Of a stretch of DNA of 64,000 nt, positions 19,111 to 28,733 are shown in pieces. The stretch lies in assembly GCF_003790525.1 (NCBI RefSeq), contig NZ_CP033635.1. One strand, given 5' to 3'. The stretch's first letter is position 1, and every line of letters begins with the position of its first letter. Origin of the DNA: Escherichia coli. GTDB lineage: Bacteria; Pseudomonadota; Gammaproteobacteria; Enterobacterales; Enterobacteriaceae. Both the position numbers and the translations under genes were made by a program. The notes beneath the pieces are model-generated. The model was not told the origin of the DNA, made no database searches, and saw only the letters and a program-made list of their open reading frames with translations.

Positions 19111-22100
19111 ACTCCTGCTTGTTCAAAATAATATTGATAGATTACCCCTAATTGCTGCGGGGCTTGCTGATAGTGGAATTCAAAAAGCGCAGACAGTTGA
19201 TGTATCAAGTTATTATCTTTTTGGGTTAACAGCGCTGCGACTAACATCAAATTAAAACGTTTTTCAAGCCGTGAGTGATATTTATTTTTAATCCAAAGCT
19301 TATTAAAAACAGATTTTAACTCTGGAGTAATCGCACTAGACCAAAGTTCTTTAGGGAAGATACTGATACGCCCAAAGCTGTCGGGGTTCCTTAATAGCAT
19401 CTGTTTAGCTTCATTAAACTGCTCACGACTAACAGTTGGCAAGACATTACAACCGGCTGGTAGGAGTTTGCTATATGTAAGTAACATATTCGCAATGGGA
19501 GCCAGACGACGATCGATATGTGCACGATGGTTCATAAAAGCAATAAAGGGTTGCAATATATGTAATGCTAATGTTTTATCGTTAATCTGTTTTTCCAGAT
19601 AAGCCCAACACTTTTGAAAAACATCTTTCCAGATTGAAACGGGAATCCATCCCCATGAAAAGGGTAATTCTTCCTGTATATCATAAATCGTATCGCTATC
19701 ACCAGAAAGACATGATGATATTAACAACTGAACAACTACGCGGTAATTACTCGAAATACCTCTGAACAAATCCAGATCCAGCAAGGATAAGCCATTATTC
19801 ATTTTGTATTTCTTAATATACTCCGTTAATAAACAGCAATAATTTTGCAAAGGATTGTTATCTATTTCAAAAATTAGCTCATTAAAATATTTTTTTCGCT
19901 GTTCGGAATCCGCTTCGCATAGAGCATTAAGTAATAAATCATTTGTCTGTAATACAGGTAGCCCCCATTTAATTACTGGTGCAATGCGAGCTGTACCATC
20001 AAGTTTCCCCACAATTAACCATGGGCTATCCTGAACATTCAGAGCTGAAAGATCATAAGCAAATTCATCTTTTTTTAGCAACGATATGTGTAAGCCAGGA
20101 TCCTTAAGAGAAATAGCATCAACAACCAGCTCGTCTATTCTATTTGCAGGAAAAACAACAGAATTTTTTATATCAACCAGTAACCCTTGATCGTGTTCAA
20201 TAAAACTACCATCGTAGCGTTTAATACTGAGTGTTGCTTTATCCTTTCCAAATCTGTCAGAGTAAAAATCAACACATAATGTACTATTGCTGCTCCATGC
20301 ACATGCCAGCATAGCATTTAGCAAATTATAGTTCTCATAAAGTGAAATTTGTTTTAATTTGTCATTGCATCCTGATAAAAGAGGAAGGTCGGCATGTAAA
20401 TAACGGAATTTTTCAGCTACTGGATTTTCATCCAACAACTCGATATTAAGATATCCTCTTCCAGCACAAGATATGGTTAACAACTCAGCATCTATTCCAT
20501 GCAAATGCGCTATAGATGCCACACCATCAAAATGAACAGAACCATCATGAGTTACAAATCGGCCACCGCTAACCGGCTTAGGTAATAATAGTTTAAGATT
20601 AGAACCATCTTTCCAGGAGACCCGTAAATCAACGGTATTTTCCAGCATCTCCGATGAATTATAATAAATAGCACACTCGTTTTGTGAATAATCGGACTTA
20701 AGTGTTACTTTTTCATTGTTTGAATATTTGTCAATTCTAGTATCCGTTATACCAGAAAGCATTATGATGCCTTGCTGAGCACTCTCAGGTATAATATTAA
20801 TATCGAAGTCAGCTGGTAAAACTACAACTTTACCGCTAAATAAAACCTCATCATTAACTATTCGTCTGACTTCTATCTGTCCTTTTGGCATTTTTGATGC
20901 GACAGAATACCAGGCATTGTTACCTGAACGAATGGAACGCCAAAAAAGTTCTTTCTCCGGTACAATGCCATATTGCAGATCCTTTTTCCAACCGATCTTC
21001 GGCCAGGCTCGATGGACAGGATAATCCGATTTAACCAGTTCAACTTCTGTCGATTTAATATAATATTCAATCGCAGAATCATAAAGTTGCTGGGTGCGAA
21101 TTGTACAAACTGCACCATCATGTAAAACAACGCTAAATACTCCACTTATTTTAGTTAAGCTGCGTTCACTGTTTTTCAGCAACCTTGGGATATCAAACTC
21201 ACCTTCTCCACTAATATCTAAATGGCTATTTTTCGGTAGCGAAATAAACAGAGCATTTAGCCTGGAACTCACAGACCCCATACCGACAAGTTTTAGCTGC
21301 GATTCACTCTCATTCATCGCTTCAAAAACCCAGGGGAGTTCTTCAGTAAGTTCATAACCGCCTTTTGGAATTGTGTGGCCTAACAGAATTGGACCTTCAT
21401 GAAGCGACAACGAGATTTCGGCCATTGCATCTGCACCAGAGAGCTTTTGCATCGCAATAGGTAATAACTCGACCCGCCAATCTTGCTGCTCATAACGGCT
21501 TAGCATTGCCAACCTTGCCCCGCCATTTCTCCATTTTCCTGAAATGATGAGTCGGGTCTGCTCCGGCTGAATATTGCATTCAAACAAAGAGGTTAACTGT
21601 TCTGTACGCATTGTGGCCGGGAATCGGAACCGGGCATCACAATACCAACTGTCATCAACATCGACCCAGATTCTTTCAACCTGAAGACTACTTGCACTGC
21701 GTATTTCAGAAGATTGAGAAAGTAATCGCCTTACAATCTCTGCAGCATTCGCTTCGGGGAGAACGAGTGGAAGTTGAAGGTGCCAGTCTGGAGAGAGCTT
21801 ACGTAATGCAGAAACGGGATCACTGCTTTGAGGTGGATGCTCACTAAGTAATCGGCAGAGAGTCTCGCAGAATTCACCGGCTATTTCATAGACCAGTTCG
21901 TTTTGCATTGTGACAGGAATCGTATCGCCTAATTCTTGTGCAATTTTAGCGGCAGGATATTGAGATGCTTGCCCACGAAGCGCCTGATATATCCTTCTGA
22001 AATAGGTAATCAAATAACCGCTCTCATTTTCAATCATGCGGATAGGTAAACCACCTTCACAAGCCAGTGTATGCAGATAACCCGAAGCTTGCCCCAGGTT

Positions 22101-22460
22101 TCTTATCTTTCTTTTCCAGTAGCGAATGCCATCATTAACCAGCTTCTGTCGATGAACATACGGAACTTTCCAGTCAATAGAATCTAAAATTGTGTCCCAT
22201 TTAGGGTGTCCGACCGTATGAGTCCGGCGGATAAACTCTGCGGCATATATGCTAAATAGAACATCGCTATAGGAAATGAATATCGTTCTTGGATAACTAC
22301 GGGGGGCATATGTACGCAGTAGTTCTGCCAAACTTTCGTACTCTGTATCAGTACAACGGTAAGCATATAACGCCCGTCCATCAGCTCCGGATAATGAACG
22401 GCGACTAAAAAACATGTTAAGCCATTGCAAAAGTGGGTTAACTGGAGTTTTCACAAGCAA
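19101..22460 (-). CDS. druH: Large protein of unknown function, DruH-like (partner of DruE)
   Basis: 1119 aa ORF immediately upstream of and overlapping the DruE-like gene, AT-rich. Assignment is by size and context only; no catalytic motif recognised. Confidence 0.45.
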   Translation of the reverse strand: MLVKTPVNPLLQWLNMFFSRRSLSGADGRALYAYRCTDTEYESLAELLRTYAPRSYPRTIFISYSDVLFSIYAAEFIRRTHTVGHPKWDTILDSIDWKVPYVHRQKLVNDGIRYWKRKIRNLGQASGYLHTLACEGGLPIRMIENESGYLITYFRRIYQALRGQASQYPAAKIAQELGDTIPVTMQNELVYEIAGEFCETLCRLLSEHPPQSSDPVSALRKLSPDWHLQLPLVLPEANAAEIVRRLLSQSSEIRSASSLQVERIWVDVDDSWYCDARFRFPATMRTEQLTSLFECNIQPEQTRLIISGKWRNGGARLAMLSRYEQQDWRVELLPIAMQKLSGADAMAEISLSLHEGPILLGHTIPKGGYELTEELPWVFEAMNESESQLKLVGMGSVSSRLNALFISLPKNSHLDISGEGEFDIPRLLKNSERSLTKISGVFSVVLHDGAVCTIRTQQLYDSAIEYYIKSTEVELVKSDYPVHRAWPKIGWKKDLQYGIVPEKELFWRSIRSGNNAWYSVASKMPKGQIEVRRIVNDEVLFSGKVVVLPADFDINIIPESAQQGIIMLSGITDTRIDKYSNNEKVTLKSDYSQNECAIYYNSSEMLENTVDLRVSWKDGSNLKLLLPKPVSGGRFVTHDGSVHFDGVASIAHLHGIDAELLTISCAGRGYLNIELLDENPVAEKFRYLHADLPLLSGCNDKLKQISLYENYNLLNAMLACAWSSNSTLCVDFYSDRFGKDKATLSIKRYDGSFIEHDQGLLVDIKNSVVFPANRIDELVVDAISLKDPGLHISLLKKDEFAYDLSALNVQDSPWLIVGKLDGTARIAPVIKWGLPVLQTNDLLLNALCEADSEQRKKYFNELIFEIDNNPLQNYCCLLTEYIKKYKMNNGLSLLDLDLFRGISSNYRVVVQLLISSCLSGDSDTIYDIQEELPFSWGWIPVSIWKDVFQKCWAYLEKQINDKTLALHILQPFIAFMNHRAHIDRRLAPIANMLLTYSKLLPAGCNVLPTVSREQFNEAKQMLLRNPDSFGRISIFPKELWSSAITPELKSVFNKLWIKNKYHSRLEKRFNLMLVAALLTQKDNNLIHQLSALFEFHYQQAPQQLGVIYQYYFEQAGVCH

Positions 22461-22671
22461 CCTGCCTTCCTTTGATACAATTCGTAACAGGTTACTATCA
22501 TCATAAAAAAGCTCAACCCGATGAACTCGCTAAAAATGAGACAAATCATTTATATCTCGAAAAAACTTGTTACAATCATGAGCGCTACACCGAACTTAAC
22601 CATATAAATTATGTGTGTTTTGTTTATTTTTTAAACAATTACAACTATCCATTATTTACACAGGTATCAAA

Positions 22672-24324
22672 ATGTTAGCGCAGCTTTTTGAGCAGTTGTT
22701 TCAATCGATAGACTCTACACTGATCACCAATATTTTCATCTGGGCTGTTATATTCGTATTTTTATCAGCGTGGTGGTGTGACAAAAAAAATATACATAGT
22801 AAGTTTAGAGAATATGCTCCAACCTTAATGGGGGCATTAGGTATTCTGGGTACTTTCATTGGTATTATTATTGGGTTACTCAATTTTAATACTGAAAGTA
22901 TTGATACCAGCATCCCCGTATTATTAGGCGGCCTAAAAACAGCATTCATTACAAGCATTGTAGGTATGTTTTTTGCCATTTTATTTAATGGAATGGATGC
23001 TTTCTTTTTTGCCAATAAACGAAGTGCGTTAGCAGAAAATAACCCTGAATCTGTTACACCTGAACATATCTATCATGAATTAAAAGAGCAGAACCAGACT
23101 CTGACTAAATTAGTCTCGGGTATTAACGGTGATAGTGAAGGTTCTCTTATTGCTCAAATAAAATTACTACGTACTGAGATTAGCGATTCCTCGCAGGCAC
23201 AATTAGCTAATCACACTCATTTCAGTAATAAGCTTTGGGAACAACTTGAACAATTTGCAGATCTAATGGCAAAAGGTGCTACAGAACAAATTATTGATGC
23301 TTTACGACAAGTCATTATTGATTTTAATGAAAATTTAACTGAACAGTTTGGTGAAAACTTTAAAGCACTTGATGCCTCTGTAAAAAAACTTGTTGAGTGG
23401 CAGGAAAATTATAAAACGCAAGTTGAGCTGATGTCAGAACAATATCAACAAAGTGTCGAGTCTCTGGTTGAAACAAAAACTGCGGTTGCCGGGATTTGGG
23501 AAGAATGTAAAGAAATTCCTCTGGCTATGTCTGAACTGCGTGAAGTGCTTCAGGTGAACCAACATCAAATCAGCGAACTCTCCCGCCATTTAGAAACCTT
23601 TGTCGCCATCCGCGATAAAGCTACAACCGTATTACCTGAAATACAGAACAAAATGGCTGAAGTGGGTGAACTGCTGAAATCCGGAGCTGCAAATGTTAGT
23701 GCATCTCTTGAGCAAACCAGCCAGCAAATACTTCTTAATGCAGATTCAATGCGCGTGGCCCTGGATGAAGGTACCGAAGGATTCAGACAATCGGTTACCC
23801 AAACACAACAAGCATTTGCCTCGATGGCACATGATGTCAGCAATTCCTCCGAAACTCTAACCAGCACGTTAGGTGAAACAATTACTGAAATGAAACAAAG
23901 TGGTGAAGAATTCCTGAAGTCACTAGAGTCGCACTCGAAAGAATTGCATAGAAATATGGAACAAAATACGACTAATGTAATTGATATGTTCAGTAAGACT
24001 GGTGAAAAGATTAACCATCAACTATCCAGTAATGCCGATAATATGTTTGATTCAATCCAGACATCATTTGATAAGGCAAGTGCAGGGCTGACTTCTCAAG
24101 TCAGAGAATCAATTGAAAAATTTGCTCTATCCATCAACGAGCAGTTACATGCTTTTGAGCAAGCAACTGAACGTGAGATGAACCGTGAAATGCAATCATT
24201 AGGTAATGCTCTGCTTTCAATCAGCAAAGGTTTTGTCGGTAACTATGAAAAACTTATTAAAGATTACCAAATAATTATGGGGCAGTTACAAGCATTAATT
24301 TCTGCTAATAAACATCGAGGGTAA
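22672..24324 (+). CDS. zorA: ZorA-like MotA/ExbB-family membrane protein with long coiled-coil tail (Zorya type II-like)
   Basis: N-terminal hydrophobic helices (IFIWAVIFVFLSAWW, LMGALGILGTFIGIIIGLL, AFITSIVGMFFAILF) followed by about 400 aa of Q/E/L-rich coiled coil. The internal ATG at 22672 is preferred over the track start at 22615. Confidence 0.6.
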   Translation: MLAQLFEQLFQSIDSTLITNIFIWAVIFVFLSAWWCDKKNIHSKFREYAPTLMGALGILGTFIGIIIGLLNFNTESIDTSIPVLLGGLKTAFITSIVGMFFAILFNGMDAFFFANKRSALAENNPESVTPEHIYHELKEQNQTLTKLVSGINGDSEGSLIAQIKLLRTEISDSSQAQLANHTHFSNKLWEQLEQFADLMAKGATEQIIDALRQVIIDFNENLTEQFGENFKALDASVKKLVEWQENYKTQVELMSEQYQQSVESLVETKTAVAGIWEECKEIPLAMSELREVLQVNQHQISELSRHLETFVAIRDKATTVLPEIQNKMAEVGELLKSGAANVSASLEQTSQQILLNADSMRVALDEGTEGFRQSVTQTQQAFASMAHDVSNSSETLTSTLGETITEMKQSGEEFLKSLESHSKELHRNMEQNTTNVIDMFSKTGEKINHQLSSNADNMFDSIQTSFDKASAGLTSQVRESIEKFALSINEQLHAFEQATEREMNREMQSLGNALLSISKGFVGNYEKLIKDYQIIMGQLQALISANKHRG

Positions 24325-24330
24325 TCGATC

Positions 24331-25038
24331 ATGGATAAGATTATAGGGAAACAATTACCTAAAAAAGATCAAGATAATGAACACTGGGTATCCATGTCAG
24401 ACCTAATGGCAGGGCTGATGATGGTTTTTATGTTCATATCTATTGCTTATATGCACTACGTACGTATTGAAAAAGAAAAAATTAAAGAAGTTGCCGTAGC
24501 CTACGAGAATGCTCAGTTACAGCTTTATAATGCTCTGGATATTGAGTTTGCAAAGGATTTGCAAGACTGGGATGCAGAGATCGATAAGCAGACTCTGGAG
24601 GTTCGATTTAAATCACCGGATGTTTTATTTGGCTTAGGAAGCACAGAGCTTAAACCAAAGTTTAAACTCATTCTTGACGACTTCTTTCCTCGCTACCTAA
24701 AAGTTCTTGATAATTATCAAGAACATATTACTGAAGTCCGCATTGAAGGTCACACAAGTACTGACTGGACTGGAACAACGAATCCTGATATTGCTTATTT
24801 TAATAATATGGCACTATCACAAGGTCGTACACGTGCAGTATTACAATACGTTTATGATATAAAAAATATCGCGACACACCAACAATGGGTTAAAAGTAAA
24901 TTTGCCGCAGTAGGTTATTCATCTGCACATCCCATTCTTGATAAAACCGGCAAGGAGGATCCTAATCGCTCTCGTCGTGTCACCTTCAAAGTTGTAACAA
25001 ATGCCGAGTTGCAGATTAGAAAGATTATTCAGGAGTAA
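24331..25038 (+). CDS. zorB: ZorB-like MotB/OmpA-family protein
   Basis: Single N-terminal transmembrane segment (LMAGLMMVFMFISIAYM) and a C-terminal OmpA-like peptidoglycan-binding signature (EGHTSTDWTG...ALSQGRTRAVLQYV). Starts 6 nt after the zorA-like stop. Confidence 0.65.
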   Translation: MDKIIGKQLPKKDQDNEHWVSMSDLMAGLMMVFMFISIAYMHYVRIEKEKIKEVAVAYENAQLQLYNALDIEFAKDLQDWDAEIDKQTLEVRFKSPDVLFGLGSTELKPKFKLILDDFFPRYLKVLDNYQEHITEVRIEGHTSTDWTGTTNPDIAYFNNMALSQGRTRAVLQYVYDIKNIATHQQWVKSKFAAVGYSSAHPILDKTGKEDPNRSRRVTFKVVTNAELQIRKIIQE

Positions 25039-25041
25039 GAG

Positions 25042-26145
25042 ATGAAATTATCTATCGACATTTCAGAACTTATTCAATTAGGGAAGAAAATGTTACCAGA
25101 AGGAGTCGATTTTTTTCTGGATGAATCCCCTATTGACTTTGATCCTATAGATATTGAGTTATCCACGGGTAAAGAAGTTAGTATCGAAGATCTTGACCCT
25201 GGTAGCGGGCTAATCTCTTATCATGGCCGCCAGGTTCTTTTATATATTAGGGACCATTCAGGGCGTTATGATGCGGCTATCATCGATGGCGAAAAAGGAA
25301 AACGTTTTCATATTGCCTGGTGCAGAACTCTTGATGAAATGCGCCATAAAAATCGATTTGAAAGGTATCATGCAACTAACCGCATAGATGGTTTATTCGA
25401 AATTGATGATGGTTCAGGCCGGAGCCAGGATGTTGATTTACGGGTATGTATGAATTGTCTGGAACGACTTAATTACAAAGGAAGTATTGATAAACAAAGG
25501 AAAAGAGAGATTTTTAAATCATTCTCATTAAATGAGTTTTTTTCAGATTATAGTACCTGTTTTCGTCATATGCCTAAGGGTATCTATGACAAAACAAATA
25601 GTGGGTATGTCGAAAACTGGAAAGATATATCAAAATCAATACGAGAAAAGGCCAAGTATACTTGTAATGATTGTGGTGTGAATTTATCAACCGCCAAAAA
25701 CTTGTGCCATGTCCATCATAAAAATGGCATCAAATATGATAATCACCATGAAAACCTTCTTGTTCTGTGTAAGGATTGCCATCGTAAACAGCCCCTCCAT
25801 GAAGGTATATTCGTTACCCAAGCTGAGATGGCTATCATTCAACGTTTACGTTCCCAACAAGGGTTATTAAAAGCCGAATCCTGGAATGAAATATATGACC
25901 TGACTGATCCATCAGTACATGGTGATATTAATATGATGCAACATAAAGGCTTTCAACCTCCTGTTCCTGGGTTAGATCTTCAAAACTCAGAACATGAAAT
26001 TATTGCAACCGTAGAAGCAGCATGGCCAGGCCTTAAAATTGCAGTTAACCTTACTCCCGCCGAAGTCGAAGGATGGAGAATATATACCGTGGGTGAGCTG
26101 GTTAAAGAAATACAAACAGGAGCCTTTACGTCAGCAACGTTGTAA
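25042..26145 (+). CDS. zorE: ZorE-like HNH endonuclease
   Basis: HNH motif CNDCGVNLSTAKNLCHVHHKNGIKYDNHHENLLVLCKDCH. Starts 3 nt after the zorB-like stop. Confidence 0.6.
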   Translation: MKLSIDISELIQLGKKMLPEGVDFFLDESPIDFDPIDIELSTGKEVSIEDLDPGSGLISYHGRQVLLYIRDHSGRYDAAIIDGEKGKRFHIAWCRTLDEMRHKNRFERYHATNRIDGLFEIDDGSGRSQDVDLRVCMNCLERLNYKGSIDKQRKREIFKSFSLNEFFSDYSTCFRHMPKGIYDKTNSGYVENWKDISKSIREKAKYTCNDCGVNLSTAKNLCHVHHKNGIKYDNHHENLLVLCKDCHRKQPLHEGIFVTQAEMAIIQRLRSQQGLLKAESWNEIYDLTDPSVHGDINMMQHKGFQPPVPGLDLQNSEHEIIATVEAAWPGLKIAVNLTPAEVEGWRIYTVGELVKEIQTGAFTSATL

Positions 26146-26354
26146 ATTCCGAAACTCCGTGAAAGTTAAGACTTTCACGGAAGATAAATAAAATTTTCCT
26201 GATTTGTGACTCAAATTACAAAAGTCGTTTATGGCATAACTTGTCTGTTTTTTTGGTGTAATAGGTATAAAGGCATATGCTATGGTTAGCCTTATATTTA
26301 AAACTTTCCTCATACGGGTGAAGGTTAAAGCTTGGTAGATAGGTTACAGTCACA

Positions 26355-26853
26355 ATGAATAAAGCAATAACGGTGCTTGCTATAATGATGGCTTCATTTT
26401 CCGTAAATGCGTATGTATTACCGGAAACGCCTGTGCCATTTAAAAGTGGTACCGGAGAAATTGATAACAACACTGTCTACATTGGTTTAGGTAGCGCAGG
26501 TACGGCATGGTACAAGCTGGAGAAACAGACCAAAGATAAAAAAATGGACAGCGTTAGCTGCATTTCCTGGTGGACCGAGAGATCAAGCAACCTCTGCATT
26601 TATTGATGGCAATCTGTATGTGTTTGGCGGCATTGGCAAAAACAGCGAGGGCTTGACTCAGGTATTTAATGACGTACACAAATACAACCCCAAAACCAAT
26701 AGCTGGGTTAAATTGATGTCGCACGCGCCGATGGGCATGGCGGGTCATGTGACATTTGTACACAACGGCAAGGCTTATGTTACTGGCGGTGTTAACCAGA
26801 ATATCTTCAACGGCTATTTTGAAGATCTTAACGAAGCTGGAAAAGATTCAACA
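26355..26853 (+). pseudogene. nanM: nanM (N-acetylneuraminate epimerase, Kelch repeat) remnant: frameshifted and 3'-truncated
   Basis: N-terminal signal peptide and Kelch-repeat sequence closely resemble E. coli NanM. The frame breaks in the A8 run at about 26541-26548 (nanM-like sequence continues in another frame), and similarity ends after ...NEAGKDST at about 26853. Confidence 0.7.
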
Positions 26854-26971
26854 TACCGAACGCCGGAGAACTGGACGACGACACCACGAAGCAGTCATTT
26901 CAGTCGGGGGATGATTGTAGACAAATTTGTTGACGCTATTTTGCGGTTTTGGCGTGAAGGGTGAGCATTCA

Positions 26972-27613
26972 TTAATTTGCATCCATCAACGCTTTTAACT
27001 GCTCCGGCGAAAACGGTGGTTTGCGTCGGTGCAACATCGCATGGCAATTAGGGCACACAGGAAGCAAATCATTAACTGGATCCAGCTGGTAATCCTCTTT
27101 AATGGCTGAAAGCGGCACCAGGTGATGCATATGGATAAAACCCTCAGCGATATCGCCATAGATCTTCACCAGATCAACGCCGCATACGTTGCACTGGCAT
27201 CCATGATGTTCGACCGCTTTATCTCGGGCCTTTTTATCGCGTTCATAGCGGTTTACTGTCACCTTTATCGCCGCACCTTCAACGTATGTCTCCTGCGACG
27301 GCAACTCATCCGGGAACAGAACGTCGGCTATGGGAGCCGCAGCGGCTTTATCCTGATGAATATGAAATCCCTGCTCTATGAGTAGTTTGACGCATTTAGA
27401 TTTTATTCCGCCGGTGAAATCCGCAGGGGTAAATTGCGTCCCCGTCATCAATGTCGCTGCGATGCCAGCAATCGCCTTCGAGGGGTAACGTCGGCCATGA
27501 TATTCAATCTTATACAACCGCGCAGGCTGGAACTGATGAGTTTCTCCCGCATCCCATAAATGGATAGCTTCGATGATATACCGCCGCGGAAGATGATCGG
27601 GGAGTTTATTCAT
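26972..27613 (-). CDS. HNH endonuclease-domain protein with unassigned N-terminal domain
   Basis: 213 aa ORF with C-terminal HNH-type motif CQCNVCGVDL...HMHHLVPL...PVCPNCHAMLH. Divergent from the next gene. Confidence 0.5.
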   Translation of the reverse strand: MNKLPDHLPRRYIIEAIHLWDAGETHQFQPARLYKIEYHGRRYPSKAIAGIAATLMTGTQFTPADFTGGIKSKCVKLLIEQGFHIHQDKAAAAPIADVLFPDELPSQETYVEGAAIKVTVNRYERDKKARDKAVEHHGCQCNVCGVDLVKIYGDIAEGFIHMHHLVPLSAIKEDYQLDPVNDLLPVCPNCHAMLHRRKPPFSPEQLKALMDAN

Positions 27614-27692
27614 GGAGAATGTCCTTATACGTTCTCAGAACAGGCAGCAAAAAAACAAATGAGATCAAGGTAATATATCTTCACTTGCAGGC

Positions 27693-28622
27693 TTGAACAG
27701 CAGAAAATTTGCGAGCATGATCGCAACTATTTCACTGCCAGGGATATCAATGGCTTCCAGTAAATCGCTACAGCAGGCAATCGCCAATATAAAAATCTGG
27801 CACAAGGGTGAACAGCGCGCGCCGCATAAACCATTGTTACTGCTATACGTATTAGCGGGATACCTGAATGGGCATCCGCGCCTTTTCGATTATGGATTGG
27901 AAATCTACGAACCTCTGCACAATTTACTGGAACGTTTTGGGCCACAGCGTTCACAGTACCGACCTGATATGCCGTTCTGGCGATTACAAGGCGACGGATT
28001 CTGGCAATTACACAATGCCGAGCTTTGCTCAACAGCAGGGAGCAGCCGACAACCGCCAGTGAAGGAACTGAACGAATACCACGTTGCAGGCGGTTTCGAT
28101 GAACAGCACTACGCCCTGGTAACCGGCAATAAAAAACTCATCAATACTCTGGCGCAACAGATACTCGAAGCGCACTTCACCGAGAGTATTCAGGAAGAAA
28201 TTGCTGACGAGCTGGGTTTTGATCTCCAGCAAATCCGTAAACAGCGTGACCCGTTATTTCGCAAAAATGTATTACGCGCTTATAACTACCAGTGCGCGAT
28301 ATGTGGCTTTAATATGCGCCACGACGACACCACCGTCGCGCTGGAAGCGGCGCATATAAAATGGAAACAGCACGGCGGTCCTTGTGAAATTCCTAATGGC
28401 CTGGCGCTTTGCGCAATTCACCATAAAGCCTTTGATAAAGGATCGATTGGCCTGGATGAAAATATGCGGGTACTGGTCTCGGATGCGGTAAACGGCGGAG
28501 GGATCGTTGAGAGATTATTCTGGGATTTTGATGGGAAAACTATTGCGTTGCCACAGGTGCGTAAAAATTACCCTTTTGAGGGGTTTGTGGAGTGGCATCG
28601 AAAAGAGGTTTTTAGGGGGTGA
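27693..28622 (+). CDS. HNH endonuclease-domain protein with unassigned N-terminal domain (candidate modification-dependent nuclease)
   Basis: 309 aa ORF with C-terminal HNH-like motif YQCAICGFNMRHDDTTVALEAAHIKW...LALCAIHHKAFD. The N-terminal roughly 180 aa are of unknown fold. Confidence 0.5.
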   Translation: MNSRKFASMIATISLPGISMASSKSLQQAIANIKIWHKGEQRAPHKPLLLLYVLAGYLNGHPRLFDYGLEIYEPLHNLLERFGPQRSQYRPDMPFWRLQGDGFWQLHNAELCSTAGSSRQPPVKELNEYHVAGGFDEQHYALVTGNKKLINTLAQQILEAHFTESIQEEIADELGFDLQQIRKQRDPLFRKNVLRAYNYQCAICGFNMRHDDTTVALEAAHIKWKQHGGPCEIPNGLALCAIHHKAFDKGSIGLDENMRVLVSDAVNGGGIVERLFWDFDGKTIALPQVRKNYPFEGFVEWHRKEVFRG

Positions 28623-28733
28623 GGTTGATAACTATCGCGTCCCTATAATCTTGCCATCTCGTGCATTGAGATGTTAAAAGCTACAAATGTTCTCCCTATT
28701 TTTCAATGTAGACATTTATAGCAATATCAAAAT

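Noticed and set aside
22615-22671. Upstream start for the zorA-like gene giving the N-terminus MFCLFFKQLQ...
   Set aside because: The internal ATG at 22672 gives an N-terminus that leads straight into the first transmembrane helix. The 19-codon extension is AT-rich promoter-like sequence. Not certain.
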